DNA of 43,787 nt, taken from Bradymonadales bacterium. Lineage in GTDB: Bacteria > Bdellovibrionota > UBA2394. Position 1 is the first letter of the stretch, and every line of letters starts with the position of its first letter. The notes below the pieces were generated by a model. It worked only from the letters and a program-made list of their open reading frames with translations, did not search any database and had not been told where the DNA came from. Location: positions 1-43,787 of the forward strand of contig REDG01000053.1 in NCBI GenBank assembly GCA_007693605.1. The letters run 5' to 3'. This document shows positions 1-10,080 of this stretch, piece after piece. A program made the translations under genes and the position numbers.

Positions 1-256
1 CTCCTCAAAAACCCAAATCTAACGCACTACATCCCAACTAATCCGGAAAAGATCCCATCTATGCCGCACCATTGATGTCTCAGCTCGTCAGAATTCTTAT
101 CTCTTCAGAGGGAAGACAAGCTAACGGTGCATCGGGCTTAAGTCGTCAGGGAGAAAATCGAAGTCTGAAAGGACGATCAAACGCGTCAGCAAGCCAAAAG
201 CTTGTACTCCCCTATTGGATCAAAGATCAGGGGATGTGCTAGAGAGAGTGGTAGCG

Positions 257-1192
257 ATGGAAAAGTCGATATCTCAATATGCCCGCTTCAGTTTGTTTTT
301 GCTGGTCTATTGTGTCGTCATTATTCTTTGGGGGGCCTTTGTGCGGATCTCGGGCTCAGGCGATGGCTGCGGAGATTATTGGCCCCTATGTCATGGCGAA
401 TGGATTCCCCAACAGGCTTTGGCCGACGCCATTCAGACCTGGATCGAGCTCTTTCATCGCCTAAAGTCTGGGGTCTTTGGTCTTCTGGTGCTGGCTGGCT
501 GGTTCTGGGCCTTTTGGCTTCGTAAGAGTTCTGTCCTTTTATATAAGGCGGCCACGGCAGTTTTACTTCTGACCCTTGTCGAGGCTTTGATTGGAGCCGC
601 ACTCGTTCTCTTCTCTTGGGTTGGAGAAGACGCCTCGCTGGGTCGATGGGTCGCCATGAGCTTTCATTTGGGTAATACGCTTCTCTTGTTGACCGCACTC
701 GTTCTTCAATGGCGGGTCGCAGCCAAAAAAGCTCAGAGTCTTTCTTTGAAAAATCTCGGCATGGATTCTTTCTTGATGATCATCTTGCTGCTCACCGCGG
801 TCACTGGGGCTTGGGCGGCCCTTGCCAGTACGCTCTACCCCTCAGAGAGCTTGATTGCAGGATTTCTCTCTGACTTTTCTTCCGAGAGCCCTCTTTTGCT
901 TCGCCTTCGTCTACTCCATCCCCTACTGGCGATTTTTTCGGTCTATGTTTTTCTTAGGTGGATAAGGCAACAAGATTTTCAGACAGCCCCTTCTCAGCGA
1001 AACTTTCTCTTCGGTCTGTATTGGATTCATTTGGGTTTTGGTTTTTTGACTCTCTTTTTTTTGGCGCCGGTTTGGATGAAGATTGGCCATCTTTTCTTGG
1101 CGGATCTTCTTTGGATCAGCTTGATCTACTGGATACTAGAGAATCGTTTGAGTTCGAAGCAGACTCGGCAAAGCTCTCTCCATTTGAACTAG
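257..1192 (+). CDS. ctaA: Heme A synthase (COX15/CtaA family)
   Basis: Multi-TM protein with GSGDGCGDYWPLCHG Cys pair and WIELFHR motif, plus later conserved His residues. ATG at 257 preferred over the ORF-track start at 215. Confidence 0.85.
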   Translation: MEKSISQYARFSLFLLVYCVVIILWGAFVRISGSGDGCGDYWPLCHGEWIPQQALADAIQTWIELFHRLKSGVFGLLVLAGWFWAFWLRKSSVLLYKAATAVLLLTLVEALIGAALVLFSWVGEDASLGRWVAMSFHLGNTLLLLTALVLQWRVAAKKAQSLSLKNLGMDSFLMIILLLTAVTGAWAALASTLYPSESLIAGFLSDFSSESPLLLRLRLLHPLLAIFSVYVFLRWIRQQDFQTAPSQRNFLFGLYWIHLGFGFLTLFFLAPVWMKIGHLFLADLLWISLIYWILENRLSSKQTRQSSLHLN

Positions 1193-1203
1193 TGGTCCAA
1201 GCA

Positions 1204-2319
1204 CTAAAGCTCAAAGTTCTGAAGCGCCACAAAGAAATTGTGATCTTTGCGCGGAAAGCTGTCTTGCGGTGAACCCGGAATCATAGGATTGGCAAAGAGT
1301 TGCCCGCCCTCCGTGCTTCGCTGAGACCGAAAGATGATACGAGGCTGAACGCCTCGAATGTCTTCCACCCCATTATTGCCAACATCAGCGGTAAACTGCA
1401 TGGTTCGCAAATGAGTTTGCGCGGTTCCGTTACTCAATACACTGACATAGGTAAACTGGATGGATTCGACAAGAGCATCCACGGGTTGCCACTCCCCAAA
1501 GCCCGACAAGTCACCAGGGTGAGGCCGGATCTCTCGTCGATAAAGACCCGTATTTTGTTGTTCGTCTAGCGCGTATTCGACAACAAAAACCGGATAGAGT
1601 CTGGCGTTTCGAGTGAAGCCAGAATTCACCAAACTCCCCACTTGGTTGTAGAGATTAGCGCCCGCATTCGAGTGCTCTACTTCAATGTTTGTGCCACCGA
1701 CACTGAGAGCGGTGACTTGAAGCAGGTTTGAAAAACTTAAACTCCCGTGCTCTTCCACAATCACATACAGACCGCCCACTTCGAGTTGATTACAAGTCGT
1801 TGGCACGAAAAGTCGCTGTTGAGTGGGCTCCGGGTTGACGGCAAGTGTTCGATCGAGCGGACAATGAAAGTCTTGGTCAAAATCAAACAAGAGAATGCGA
1901 AGGCCATCTTGCGGGCTAGTCAAGCTGCTGGCGTTGGCTTCCAATGTGGGGGGCAACTGAACATTCGCTAGAGAAGAGAGGCTTTCCATATTCAAGCCGG
2001 GTAAAGGAACAATGCCTCCCCGAAAGGGAATATCTGCACAGTTGGTAGAAACCTCATCGGTGGCGGCATTCCCAACGCAAGAGGGGTTCAGGTAAACGGC
2101 CTGCCGAATGTCTGACGAAAGCATTCGAGAAAGCAAGAGCGAAGACTGCTCGATGTCTCCACCCTCTTCGCTCGTGCGAAGACTTTGGGAGGATCTCTGC
2201 AAATATATCGAAATGCCCAGCCCCAAAGAGGACACCAATAGAAGAGCGATCATCAGCTCGACCATGGTAAAGGCCCTTTGGCTTGGGCAAAAAACCCCTC
2301 TACTTCCCATAGCTTCCAT
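1204..2319 (-). CDS. Type IV pilin-like protein with prepilin N-terminal cleavage/methylation motif (PilW-like minor pilin)
   Basis: QRA|FTMVELMIALLLVSSLGLGI class III signal (F1, E5) followed by a large soluble domain with Cys residues. ATG at 2319 avoids overlap with the upstream gene. Confidence 0.75.
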   Translation of the reverse strand: MEAMGSRGVFCPSQRAFTMVELMIALLLVSSLGLGISIYLQRSSQSLRTSEEGGDIEQSSLLLSRMLSSDIRQAVYLNPSCVGNAATDEVSTNCADIPFRGGIVPLPGLNMESLSSLANVQLPPTLEANASSLTSPQDGLRILLFDFDQDFHCPLDRTLAVNPEPTQQRLFVPTTCNQLEVGGLYVIVEEHGSLSFSNLLQVTALSVGGTNIEVEHSNAGANLYNQVGSLVNSGFTRNARLYPVFVVEYALDEQQNTGLYRREIRPHPGDLSGFGEWQPVDALVESIQFTYVSVLSNGTAQTHLRTMQFTADVGNNGVEDIRGVQPRIIFRSQRSTEGGQLFANPMIPGSPQDSFPRKDHNFFVALQNFEL

Positions 2320-2354
2320 TGTAACCGGAAGCTCAGTCACTGAGGAGAAGTCTT

Positions 2355-3257
2355 CTAAAAGTTTGAATTTGCAGAGGAAAAGCCTCGATGCCAAGACTCG
2401 TCGGGCTGATCTCCGACGAAGAAAATCGGGTTCAGATATCTCCCATTTCCTAAATGGGGAACAATGAAGTGTCGAGTCTCGTTGCGGCCCTCGATGTGTA
2501 TCCGAAGAAGATAGTCCAAACTGCCGCGCACTCGTGTAAGATTAGACATTCCAAAGGTTTCAAAGAGCCAGTTCCAATCGACAATGGGCTGGCTTCCGTA
2601 GCGCAAAATGGTGGCCTGACTGGCGCTTTGAAACTCTACATCTCGAAGGGCTTCGAGAAGTTGTTGACTGTTGTAGTTGCCTCGTTCGAAAACTTTCGAG
2701 GCTCTGACAATGCTCTCCCAGTTGTGTTCGTAGAAAGCTTCCGTCTGACCGAGGTAGCGCTCGACATGAGTTTGACAGAGTCCAACGACTTCATTGGGAA
2801 TGGGTCGATCTCCTTGACCTTCAGTTAAAACCTCACAGATCGAGCCCATGACTTCTTGAATCCGTTCCGGATTGACTCCGTCGGGAAAGGCGCCCTCCGT
2901 CCAGTCCAGTTGCACTCGAAGCCTGTTTCTTTCAGGATTGAAAACTCCCCCAGGATTATCCTCGCTCAAGTCGACAGTTCTGGCTCGACCCGCCAGCTCT
3001 TCGCCAACAAAGGCAAGACGAGTGGACAGGTCGAAGACCTCCCGACTGATTTCCATGCCTGGTCGTCCTAAGAATCTTGCTCCATCGTTGAGCACATCGA
3101 GAACACTTCGGTGTTGAAGAATTTCAGGCACACATTGGTAAGCGCTTTCAATATCTTCCCCCCTGCTCTGGGAAAAGATTGGGGAAGAAAGAAGAATAAA
3201 GAGACCAGCAGAAAGCAGAAGAAGAAAAACCGAACGAAGTTCAAGGGATTCTTTCAT
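2355..3257 (-). CDS. Hypothetical secreted protein
   Basis: 300-aa ORF with N-terminal hydrophobic signal (VFLLLLSAGLFILLSSPIFS); starts 2 nt after the upstream stop. Confidence 0.7.
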   Translation of the reverse strand: MKESLELRSVFLLLLSAGLFILLSSPIFSQSRGEDIESAYQCVPEILQHRSVLDVLNDGARFLGRPGMEISREVFDLSTRLAFVGEELAGRARTVDLSEDNPGGVFNPERNRLRVQLDWTEGAFPDGVNPERIQEVMGSICEVLTEGQGDRPIPNEVVGLCQTHVERYLGQTEAFYEHNWESIVRASKVFERGNYNSQQLLEALRDVEFQSASQATILRYGSQPIVDWNWLFETFGMSNLTRVRGSLDYLLRIHIEGRNETRHFIVPHLGNGRYLNPIFFVGDQPDESWHRGFSSANSNF

Positions 3258-3259
3258 CG

Positions 3260-4216
3260 TTATCGTCCCGCTCCTAAGAAATCGGCTGTGGGTCGACGGG
3301 GTCCATCGGTGTGGGCTGGTTGAGGAACATCGGTGTTCACACCTGGAGAAGAATTAGCACTGGCCAGATAAGGCAGACCTTTTGAGCGATAGAGGGCTTC
3401 AATAGTGCCAACAGGGTCTGCCGGAGTTCTGCTTGAAACCAAGACCTCAAAGGGAATCTGGTTGGCAGCTGTGGTGTCAACACGCCTTATGGGTTCTTGG
3501 CCCATGGGAACTCGTCTCATGTTTTCTAATCGGAGCTGATCCAAGGCCCCGTAGAAGTCTTCGGTGAGTTGGCGGATTTGCAGCTTTAGTGCTTCAGGAA
3601 TCTGAATGCTTGTCTCTCCAAAAGAAAGCCTCGTGCCAGACTCGCTTGAGAGGTTCTTGAAGGATTCGGCTTTTGAATCTTCAAGTGTTGAGTCTTCAAA
3701 ATCAGTGCGACTGTGAGTCTCTCCACCCGGCTTCAATCGAAGACCTTGACGGACTTGCCCATCCTCAAAATAAAAGCGAGCCACCTCTTCTCGAGTTTGC
3801 CCCCCCTCTCTTCGGTCGAAGACACTAAGCCTTCCAGCAATTCGTTGATTCGGATTCATTCCTCCAGAAATCTTCAATTCTCCTGCTCTAGAGAAGACTG
3901 CGAAAGGTCCGACCGCCTGGCCTTCATTCATCACAAAGCTTAGCCGATCGCCTGGGCTCACCAAAGTTTGAAGAGTTCGTGGAAGCTGTTGAAGATTGTT
4001 TTCTGTGATGATGAGACTGCGAGGCTCGGTATAGGAGCTTCCGGTTCGCTCGGCAAAATAAAGTTCGCCAGAATTGGCCAGTGTGGAGCTGGTTCCCACC
4101 CAGAACAGGACGGCCAAGAAAATCACAAGGCTTTGGCATCTTGCGGCAGAACTCTGAGTCGAACCTGAGTTCGTTCTATGGCTCGTCCATCTAAAAACTT
4201 TGGTGGTTTCCTGCAC
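3260..4216 (-). CDS. Hypothetical exported protein (start uncertain)
   Basis: Long ORF with signal-like segment LVIFLAVLFWVGTSSTLA. The true start is probably downstream of the sigma54-like site at 4232-4247 (GTG at 4216 or 4126). Confidence 0.6.
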   Translation of the reverse strand: MQETTKVFRWTSHRTNSGSTQSSAARCQSLVIFLAVLFWVGTSSTLANSGELYFAERTGSSYTEPRSLIITENNLQQLPRTLQTLVSPGDRLSFVMNEGQAVGPFAVFSRAGELKISGGMNPNQRIAGRLSVFDRREGGQTREEVARFYFEDGQVRQGLRLKPGGETHSRTDFEDSTLEDSKAESFKNLSSESGTRLSFGETSIQIPEALKLQIRQLTEDFYGALDQLRLENMRRVPMGQEPIRRVDTTAANQIPFEVLVSSRTPADPVGTIEALYRSKGLPYLASANSSPGVNTDVPQPAHTDGPRRPTADFLGAGR

Positions 4217-4231
4217 TTCAGTTTGAAATAA

Positions 4232-4247
4232 TGCAATCTTTGGGCCG
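4232..4247 (-). promoter_or_regulatory. Putative sigma54 (-24/-12) promoter
   Basis: Minus strand CGGCCCAAAGATTGCA = GG-N10-GC with TTGC. Confidence 0.45.
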
Positions 4248-4463
4248 TCTGGGGCGCTATATTTCAGGCATTGAGCCCCCATGCCTTGAAATTCTTGCGA
4301 TTTGGGCTCCGCAAAGTTTGCGAATGCCTCGATTCAACTGGTTTTGTTAGCTTTCTAATTTCCGAAAAATTTGGAGGATATCGGAGAATCTTTCAAGACG
4401 GAAGCCCTCGCCGGTACCGATCTAATTCTGATAGAATAGTGGAGTCTAGGGGAGAATTTTAGA

Positions 4464-4838
4464 GTGGAACCGAGGAGAAAGTATCCGAGATACGAAGCCA
4501 AAGAGCTTCCAGAGCTTCAGCTCAGAACCCTAGCGGGGCCGATTGGAGAGAAGCTTCTCAATGTCAGTCGAGGGGGTTGTGGTTTTTGGGCGCCTTTTGA
4601 AGACTTTCAACTACGGGTCGGGCAAGGCTTGCGGCTTCAACTGAAGCTAGACTCTAAGGGCTCAGAGTTTGAGATTCGAGGGGAACTTCTTTATGTTCAC
4701 CCCTGCCCGATGGAGTCCCAAATCGGTCGTCTCTATGGCATTCGCTTTGAGGCGGAGTCGAAAGAGCTCAACGACTACATCGAGGCCCATGAAGCAGAGA
4801 AATCTCGAGATAAGAAGACTCAACAACAACGAAGTTAA
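4464..4838 (+). CDS. PilZ domain protein (c-di-GMP receptor)
   Basis: RRKYPR (RxxxR) and NVSRGG (D/NxSxxG) motifs; C-terminal YGIRF. Confidence 0.85.
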   Translation: MEPRRKYPRYEAKELPELQLRTLAGPIGEKLLNVSRGGCGFWAPFEDFQLRVGQGLRLQLKLDSKGSEFEIRGELLYVHPCPMESQIGRLYGIRFEAESKELNDYIEAHEAEKSRDKKTQQQRS

Positions 4839-4874
4839 GTAAAAATCAGGCCTCGTTCGAGAGCCCTGCTTGGC

Positions 4875-5087
4875 CTAATCCTCTTCCACCAAGGGCACAT
4901 TTTGATACAGAGCGCAGTTTAGGCCCAAGTCCGTCTCCCTTTGCTCCACAAAATCCAAGGCGGCCTCAAGCGAGGGAAAGCCAAAGTATTCTTTCTTTCG
5001 ACTTCGTTCGACCATCACGAGAAAGGCATCTACTTTAGGGGTAGGCCTCCGAAAATAAAAGATTTGGGGCTTTCGGTGTCTGGGCAC
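4875..5087 (-). CDS. Small hypothetical protein
   Basis: 70-aa ORF downstream of dksA on the same strand with protein-like composition. Confidence 0.45.
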   Translation of the reverse strand: MPRHRKPQIFYFRRPTPKVDAFLVMVERSRKKEYFGFPSLEAALDFVEQRETDLGLNCALYQNVPLVEED

Positions 5088-5130
5088 GATTCAGGACTAG
5101 AAAGAAACTTAGTCCTTTTCAAGAAAATTC

Positions 5131-5508
5131 TTAGGAGAGCTCCTCTTGAGCCTCTTGCCTCTCCATCTCCCTAATTTCGGCCCCCTCAAGGCTTAAACGG
5201 GTCCAAGGAATAGACAGGAGTCTCTTCTCTTCGATCGGATTGCCAGTTTCCTCGCAAATTCCAAATCGATTGCTCTTAATGCGATCAAGGGCCTGCTCGA
5301 TTTCAGAGAGTTCTTGGCTGAGCTTCTCTCGACGAGCCAATGAAAAAACTTCTTCCTGAAGCTCTCGGGCCTTGTCTGCAATGTCACCCGAAGCCTCTTT
5401 AACAAGCTCGGTCGACAATAGCTGAAGCGTGTTCATATGCTTTTGCTTGAGATCCGTTAGTTTCTTTCGGCATGTCTCAATCACTTTTTTACTTGGCATC
5501 TGACTCAT
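5131..5508 (-). CDS. dksA: TraR/DksA family transcription factor
   Basis: Coiled coil with DIADKA (DxxDxA) tip; FGICEETGNPIEEKRLLSIPWTRLS C-terminal domain. Confidence 0.85.
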   Translation of the reverse strand: MSQMPSKKVIETCRKKLTDLKQKHMNTLQLLSTELVKEASGDIADKARELQEEVFSLARREKLSQELSEIEQALDRIKSNRFGICEETGNPIEEKRLLSIPWTRLSLEGAEIREMERQEAQEELS

Positions 5509-5685
5509 TCCTGAACTCCCCTTTCAAAAACTCCTGGCCTTCGAAAGATTGTATCCGAAGAAGGCTGTTTGTAAATGCCCACCCGATTTTTTCTTTGCTC
5601 CAGCCCAAAAAAGCAGGCTTTGATAGTGACAACTTTTTTTGCAGTCATGTCAAGCTTCCGTCTGTTCCGCTCTAAGCATTCCCCT

Positions 5686-7083
5686 TTAAATGAAGTCTCG
5701 AACCCATTTGGTCAATGTATTTTTGTAAGGAGGAAATCTCATGCCCCAGCGATCCCAGAGCGGCCTTCTCTCGAAACTACGAAGGCTACTGAAGCATTCG
5801 TAGCTAAATCGACCGTGGTAGGCTCCTAGCCCGCTCTTCCCGATTCCTCCAAACGCAAGCTCGGGATGGGTGAGATGAACCAAAAGGTCATTGACGACAA
5901 AAGCCCCAGAACGAGTCAAAGCTCGGTATTTTGAAATCTCAGACTCATTTGACGAAAAAAAGTAGACCGCCAAGGCGTCTTGGTCTCTTTGTAACCACTG
6001 TTGGAGTTCGTCTTCAGAGTCGAAGCCATAGACAGGCAAGATTGGGCCAAAAATTTCTTCTTTGCTTGCTGCCCCATCCAGAGAGGCCTCGATCAAGAGG
6101 GTCAACGGAAAGTGATTGGCATCCGCTCTTTCTTTGCCAAAGCAGATTCGTTGTTTGGCTGGGCTTTGAGCCAGTTCTTGAATTCGATTGAAGTGCCGTG
6201 AGTGTATGAGTTTAGAAAAATGCCCCTCTAGTCGGGCGGAGTAGAGCTTAAAGATCTCGACAAAGTCTGAAACTCTTTTTCTTGGAATATAGAGATGATT
6301 CGGAGACACACAGGTTTGACCTGCATTGAAAGCCTTTCCCCAAAGCACTCGTTCAGCGGCCTTTTCAAAATTGGCCGAGGGCATAATGACGCTTGGACAG
6401 CGGCCTCCAAGTTCGAGTGTCACTGAGGCGAGCTGTTTTGCCGCCTTCTGATACAGCTCTCGGCCTGTTTGAGTACTTCCGGTAAAAAAGAGCTTCTCAA
6501 AGCGATGCTCCATCAGTTCTTGTGCCACTGAGGGACCTCCCAAAAAGACCTGTACAAAGTCAGCTTGCACTGAGGCTGTCAGAATCTCATAAAGGAGTTG
6601 GGACGAATTCGGAGATTGCTCCGAGGGCTTTAAGACGCTTACATTGCCTGCCGCCATCGAGCCCATCAAGGGCAGCAGCGCGAGTTGAAGAGGATAATTC
6701 CATGGAGAAAAAATGAGTGAGAGACCATAGGGCTCTCGGCTTAATTCTGCAGACGAGAGAAAGTGAGCGATTCTCCACCAGGGGGTGGACAGTCTTTTCG
6801 GTCGAGACCATCGAGGCAGCTTTCGAATCATGAGATCGAGTTCGCGAAAAATCGGCTGAATCTCTCCGGTCCAGGCTTCAAAGGGAGGTCTGTTCAGATC
6901 CGCCCGAAGAGCTTCGAACAAGTCCTTCTCTCTTTTTTGTAACTCCGCCTGCAGGCTTCTGAGCTGAGAGAGGCGAAACTCAAGCGACTGAGACTTTCTG
7001 CTCTCAAAGAAAGCTCGAAGAGCCTCCATCCGATCTTTCAATTCGGAGGAGTTGATTTTCGATTCAGAAAAAGCTTCACTCAT
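5686..7083 (-). CDS. Aldehyde dehydrogenase (ALDH3/fatty aldehyde-like)
   Basis: PWNYP, LKPSE, FTGS, LELGG, NAGQTC, EIFGP and FGGIGKSG motifs. Confidence 0.92.
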   Translation of the reverse strand: MSEAFSESKINSSELKDRMEALRAFFESRKSQSLEFRLSQLRSLQAELQKREKDLFEALRADLNRPPFEAWTGEIQPIFRELDLMIRKLPRWSRPKRLSTPWWRIAHFLSSAELSREPYGLSLIFSPWNYPLQLALLPLMGSMAAGNVSVLKPSEQSPNSSQLLYEILTASVQADFVQVFLGGPSVAQELMEHRFEKLFFTGSTQTGRELYQKAAKQLASVTLELGGRCPSVIMPSANFEKAAERVLWGKAFNAGQTCVSPNHLYIPRKRVSDFVEIFKLYSARLEGHFSKLIHSRHFNRIQELAQSPAKQRICFGKERADANHFPLTLLIEASLDGAASKEEIFGPILPVYGFDSEDELQQWLQRDQDALAVYFFSSNESEISKYRALTRSGAFVVNDLLVHLTHPELAFGGIGKSGLGAYHGRFSYECFSSLRSFERRPLWDRWGMRFPPYKNTLTKWVRDFI

Positions 7084-7122
7084 ATTCAGTCGTTACCCTC
7101 AACTCAAAGGCTAGAGATTTTA

Positions 7123-8073
7123 TTGTCCCCTAAAAAGCTTTTTCTTTTTTGCTTGTTAGCCGCCTTTTGGGGCGGTTCATTTGTAGCCATTAAGGAAGTC
7201 GTCAGAACGATCGATCCCTTTGTTGCTGCAGCCGCCCGACTGGTATTGGCGAGCGCTTCTCTGTGGATTCTCTTTGGAATTTTAGGAAAGCTGAAAAGAA
7301 TCGAATGGAAGTTGGCCTGGCGATTGTGGGTGGTCGGTTTGTTTTCTCTGGCCATTCCCTTCTGCTTTCTGTTCTGGGGGGCTATTCAGATCTCTGCGGG
7401 GCTTGCAGGACTCTTGAATGCAAGCGTCCCCTTGTGGACAACAGTTTTTATTTTCGGACTCTTTCGATCAGAAGAACGAGCAGACTTTTCTCGCTCCACG
7501 GGCTGGGGGCTTTTGGTCGGCTTCGTGGGAGTCTTTCTACTTTTCTATCCGCTACTGCAAGTGGGCCAGTGGATTGAGATACTGGGCGCAACTGCGGTGC
7601 TCGTGGGGGCCTCATTTTACGGATTAGGCTCTATCTTTAATCGCTATTATCTGACTCATCGAAAGGATGTCAGTTTTTCGACTCTTCTGGTTCATCAGCA
7701 TAGTGCGGCCATGCTCTTTCTTTTGTTTTTTAGCTTTTTCTTTGCCGATGCCAGTCAGAGCTCTTGGCGGGAACTCAGTTCCTCAGCCTATCCTATTTTG
7801 CTATTGATCTATCTGGGAGTGATTTCTACCGCCTTGGCCCTCTGGATTTACTTTTATCTGATTCGAGAGATTGGCTCTGTTCGGGCGAGTGCCGTGACTT
7901 ATCTTGTTCCCGTCTTTGCTCTTCTTTTCGACTATTTGTTTTTCTCAGAGATTCCTAGCGGCATTCAGGTTTTTGGCGCGGGCATGATCTTAGTTTCGAT
8001 TTTTTTCCTGAGGGCGAGAGCCCCACAAGCGGAAAACCAAAAAGAGTCCAATTGCGATAAAGGGAAGGCTTAG
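7123..8073 (+). CDS. DMT/EamA family transporter
   Basis: About 10 TM helices; FWGGSFVAIK and YLVPVFA repeats typical of EamA. Confidence 0.88.
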   Translation: MSPKKLFLFCLLAAFWGGSFVAIKEVVRTIDPFVAAAARLVLASASLWILFGILGKLKRIEWKLAWRLWVVGLFSLAIPFCFLFWGAIQISAGLAGLLNASVPLWTTVFIFGLFRSEERADFSRSTGWGLLVGFVGVFLLFYPLLQVGQWIEILGATAVLVGASFYGLGSIFNRYYLTHRKDVSFSTLLVHQHSAAMLFLLFFSFFFADASQSSWRELSSSAYPILLLIYLGVISTALALWIYFYLIREIGSVRASAVTYLVPVFALLFDYLFFSEIPSGIQVFGAGMILVSIFFLRARAPQAENQKESNCDKGKA

Positions 8074-8781
8074 CCACTGCCCCATATTCAGAGCCCAGGC
8101 CTCTTCAAATCCCACTTGAGCTTCTTTGCTGAACTCAATGAGAAATCGGGCACTAAAGATGAGTGCTAACGCCAATCCAAAGAAGAATCCGTTTTGAACT
8201 GGAATCTTCTTTCGATACAGGCTCCAAGTGAACAGAAAAATCGCAAGATAACTCAGAGCCTCATAGATCTGCGAGGGATGTCGAGCGACACTGTCGATGC
8301 GCTCGAAAACCACTCCCCAAAAGAGATGGGTTGGCTTGCCAATAATTTCTGAGTTGAAAAAATTTCCGACGCGAATCAGCGCGCCCCCCAAGGGTATGGC
8401 CAGACAAATTCGATCCAGAACCCAGGAAAAAGAAAACTGCTTGTACTTTCTCGCAAAAAGAAAGATCGCAATAAAGACCCCAATCGCCGCCCCGTGACTG
8501 GCGAGGCCCCCTTTCCACACAAACAGAATCTCTAGGGGGTTGGCGAGGTAGAAGCCCGGCTCATAAAACAAGCAATGCCCCAATCGGGCGCCGACGACAG
8601 TTCCCACAATGATCCGAATGAGAAGGGGGTCAAGAGCCTTGAGATTCTTGTTCTCTAGCACAAAACAGCGCTTGACGACCAGATAACCCGCCACGAAAGC
8701 CAAGGCAAATAGGACGCCATACCATCGGGGTGCGAGTGGCCCGAGCTCAAAAATCTCAGGTGAAACATTCCAGCGAATCAT
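7990..8781 (-). CDS. lgt: Prolipoprotein diacylglyceryl transferase
   Basis: RWYG, GARLGH, GLASHG, RVGNFFNSE, RHPSQIYE and RFLIEF motifs. Confidence 0.95.
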   Translation of the reverse strand: MIRWNVSPEIFELGPLAPRWYGVLFALAFVAGYLVVKRCFVLENKNLKALDPLLIRIIVGTVVGARLGHCLFYEPGFYLANPLEILFVWKGGLASHGAAIGVFIAIFLFARKYKQFSFSWVLDRICLAIPLGGALIRVGNFFNSEIIGKPTHLFWGVVFERIDSVARHPSQIYEALSYLAIFLFTWSLYRKKIPVQNGFFFGLALALIFSARFLIEFSKEAQVGFEEAWALNMGQWLSLPFIAIGLFLVFRLWGSRPQEKNRN

Positions 8782-8859
8782 TCAATGGGAGTTTTCCGGC
8801 TTTTTGGTGGCGGATCAAGAAGAAGTCTTGAAATCTACAGCTGCGAGTTGGAAAAAGAA

Positions 8860-9132
8860 CTAGGGTGTCTGTAGGCCCGCCGTTGAGTGGTCTGAAATCC
8901 GTCGCAGCTCCTGCAATAGAGACTCTTCGACGAGGCTTAGGCGGTCTTTCGTTTCGAGTTCTCGAAGTAGATCCACCCAATCCAGTTCAGACCACGAGAG
9001 TTCGGCCATGACTTGAGTCAGACTTTGCCTGACTTCGTTTTGAAGACGGGTCTGCTTCTCGATCTGAACAAAAAGCCCTTGAACCAAGCTAAAGACCACG
9101 AGAACGAGAACCCCTAGGTGTAGATGCCCCAT
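8860..9132 (-). CDS. Small membrane-anchored hypothetical protein
   Basis: 90-aa ORF with N-terminal TM segment and helical acidic tail. Confidence 0.5.
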   Translation of the reverse strand: MGHLHLGVLVLVVFSLVQGLFVQIEKQTRLQNEVRQSLTQVMAELSWSELDWVDLLRELETKDRLSLVEESLLQELRRISDHSTAGLQTP

Positions 9133-9209
9133 CGAGACGGGAGTTAGCCAATCTCTCGGCAGATGACAATACCCGAAATGTCTTGAAATTTAGGGACTAG
9201 AGGCCGAAT

Positions 9210-9899
9210 TCAGGCCTTTTCGCGAGAACCCCTCTGCATGAACTCCAGAAAGAGCTCAGCGCGCCGTTCGGTCTTGAAGTAATGCTGAATTTGGGACCGA
9301 TTTCTCAAGTCAAAAGCCTCGGGCTCTTCGCTCACAAACTCGTCCACTTTTTCTTCCACAAAATCATGAAACTCCGTCTGGTGCTGATTCATTTGGATGA
9401 GAGTCTCAGAGAGAAAAAACAGATACTCAGGCACAAAGGGGTAGAGCTTCTCTTTTAAGAGCGGCGGAGCTTCAGACAAAGCGACCACTTGAACTTCGTG
9501 ATCAGAGAGTTCCCGTTCCCAGTCTAGGGGTACGGCCGCTTGAAGGTAGGGCGGCGAGTGAGTTGTGATACTCACGACCTCAGCGCCTTCCATTCTCGGC
9601 AACTCCAGGCATTCTAGCACATAGATGAGCTGGCGTTCTCCCCTCCACGACCCCCAGCCAATGCGCTCCAAGATCCAGATTTCAGAACCCTCAGCATTCT
9701 CTCCAATTCGCCAAGCGTCTACCTTCAGAAAGAGCGGAAAGTCGTGCTGAAACCGTCGCAGCTGAGACTCAATTTCGCCAAGAGCGAGATCAAACTGTTG
9801 GAGCACAGGCTCAAGAGACTGCCCCTCGATACTTAGGAGCGCCTCAGCCCTAGATTCTAGTAATTTTGGCAAGAACAAGCTTTTAGCCACAATCCCCAT
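9210..9899 (-). CDS. Hypothetical protein
   Basis: 229-aa acidic ORF with no recognisable motif. Confidence 0.65.
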   Translation of the reverse strand: MGIVAKSLFLPKLLESRAEALLSIEGQSLEPVLQQFDLALGEIESQLRRFQHDFPLFLKVDAWRIGENAEGSEIWILERIGWGSWRGERQLIYVLECLELPRMEGAEVVSITTHSPPYLQAAVPLDWERELSDHEVQVVALSEAPPLLKEKLYPFVPEYLFFLSETLIQMNQHQTEFHDFVEEKVDEFVSEEPEAFDLRNRSQIQHYFKTERRAELFLEFMQRGSREKA

Positions 9900-10080
9900 C
9901 TCCCAGCTTTAGTATAACAAGCTTGTAAGCATTCGGAAGAAGGGCTTTAAAAAAATCTCTGTTCTAAAGGAGATTCGTCTTCGCGAAGCCTTCTTCTTGT
10001 CTCCAAGAAAAAAATCAAAGGGGCTTGATTTTTTCTAAATTTTGATCGCCCTTCATTTTTTTTTCGGACATTCTAGGCCC

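Noticed and set aside
1..75. Possible 3' end of an upstream gene (LLKNPNLTHYIPTNPEKIPSMPHH*)
   Set aside because: Too short to support or identify.
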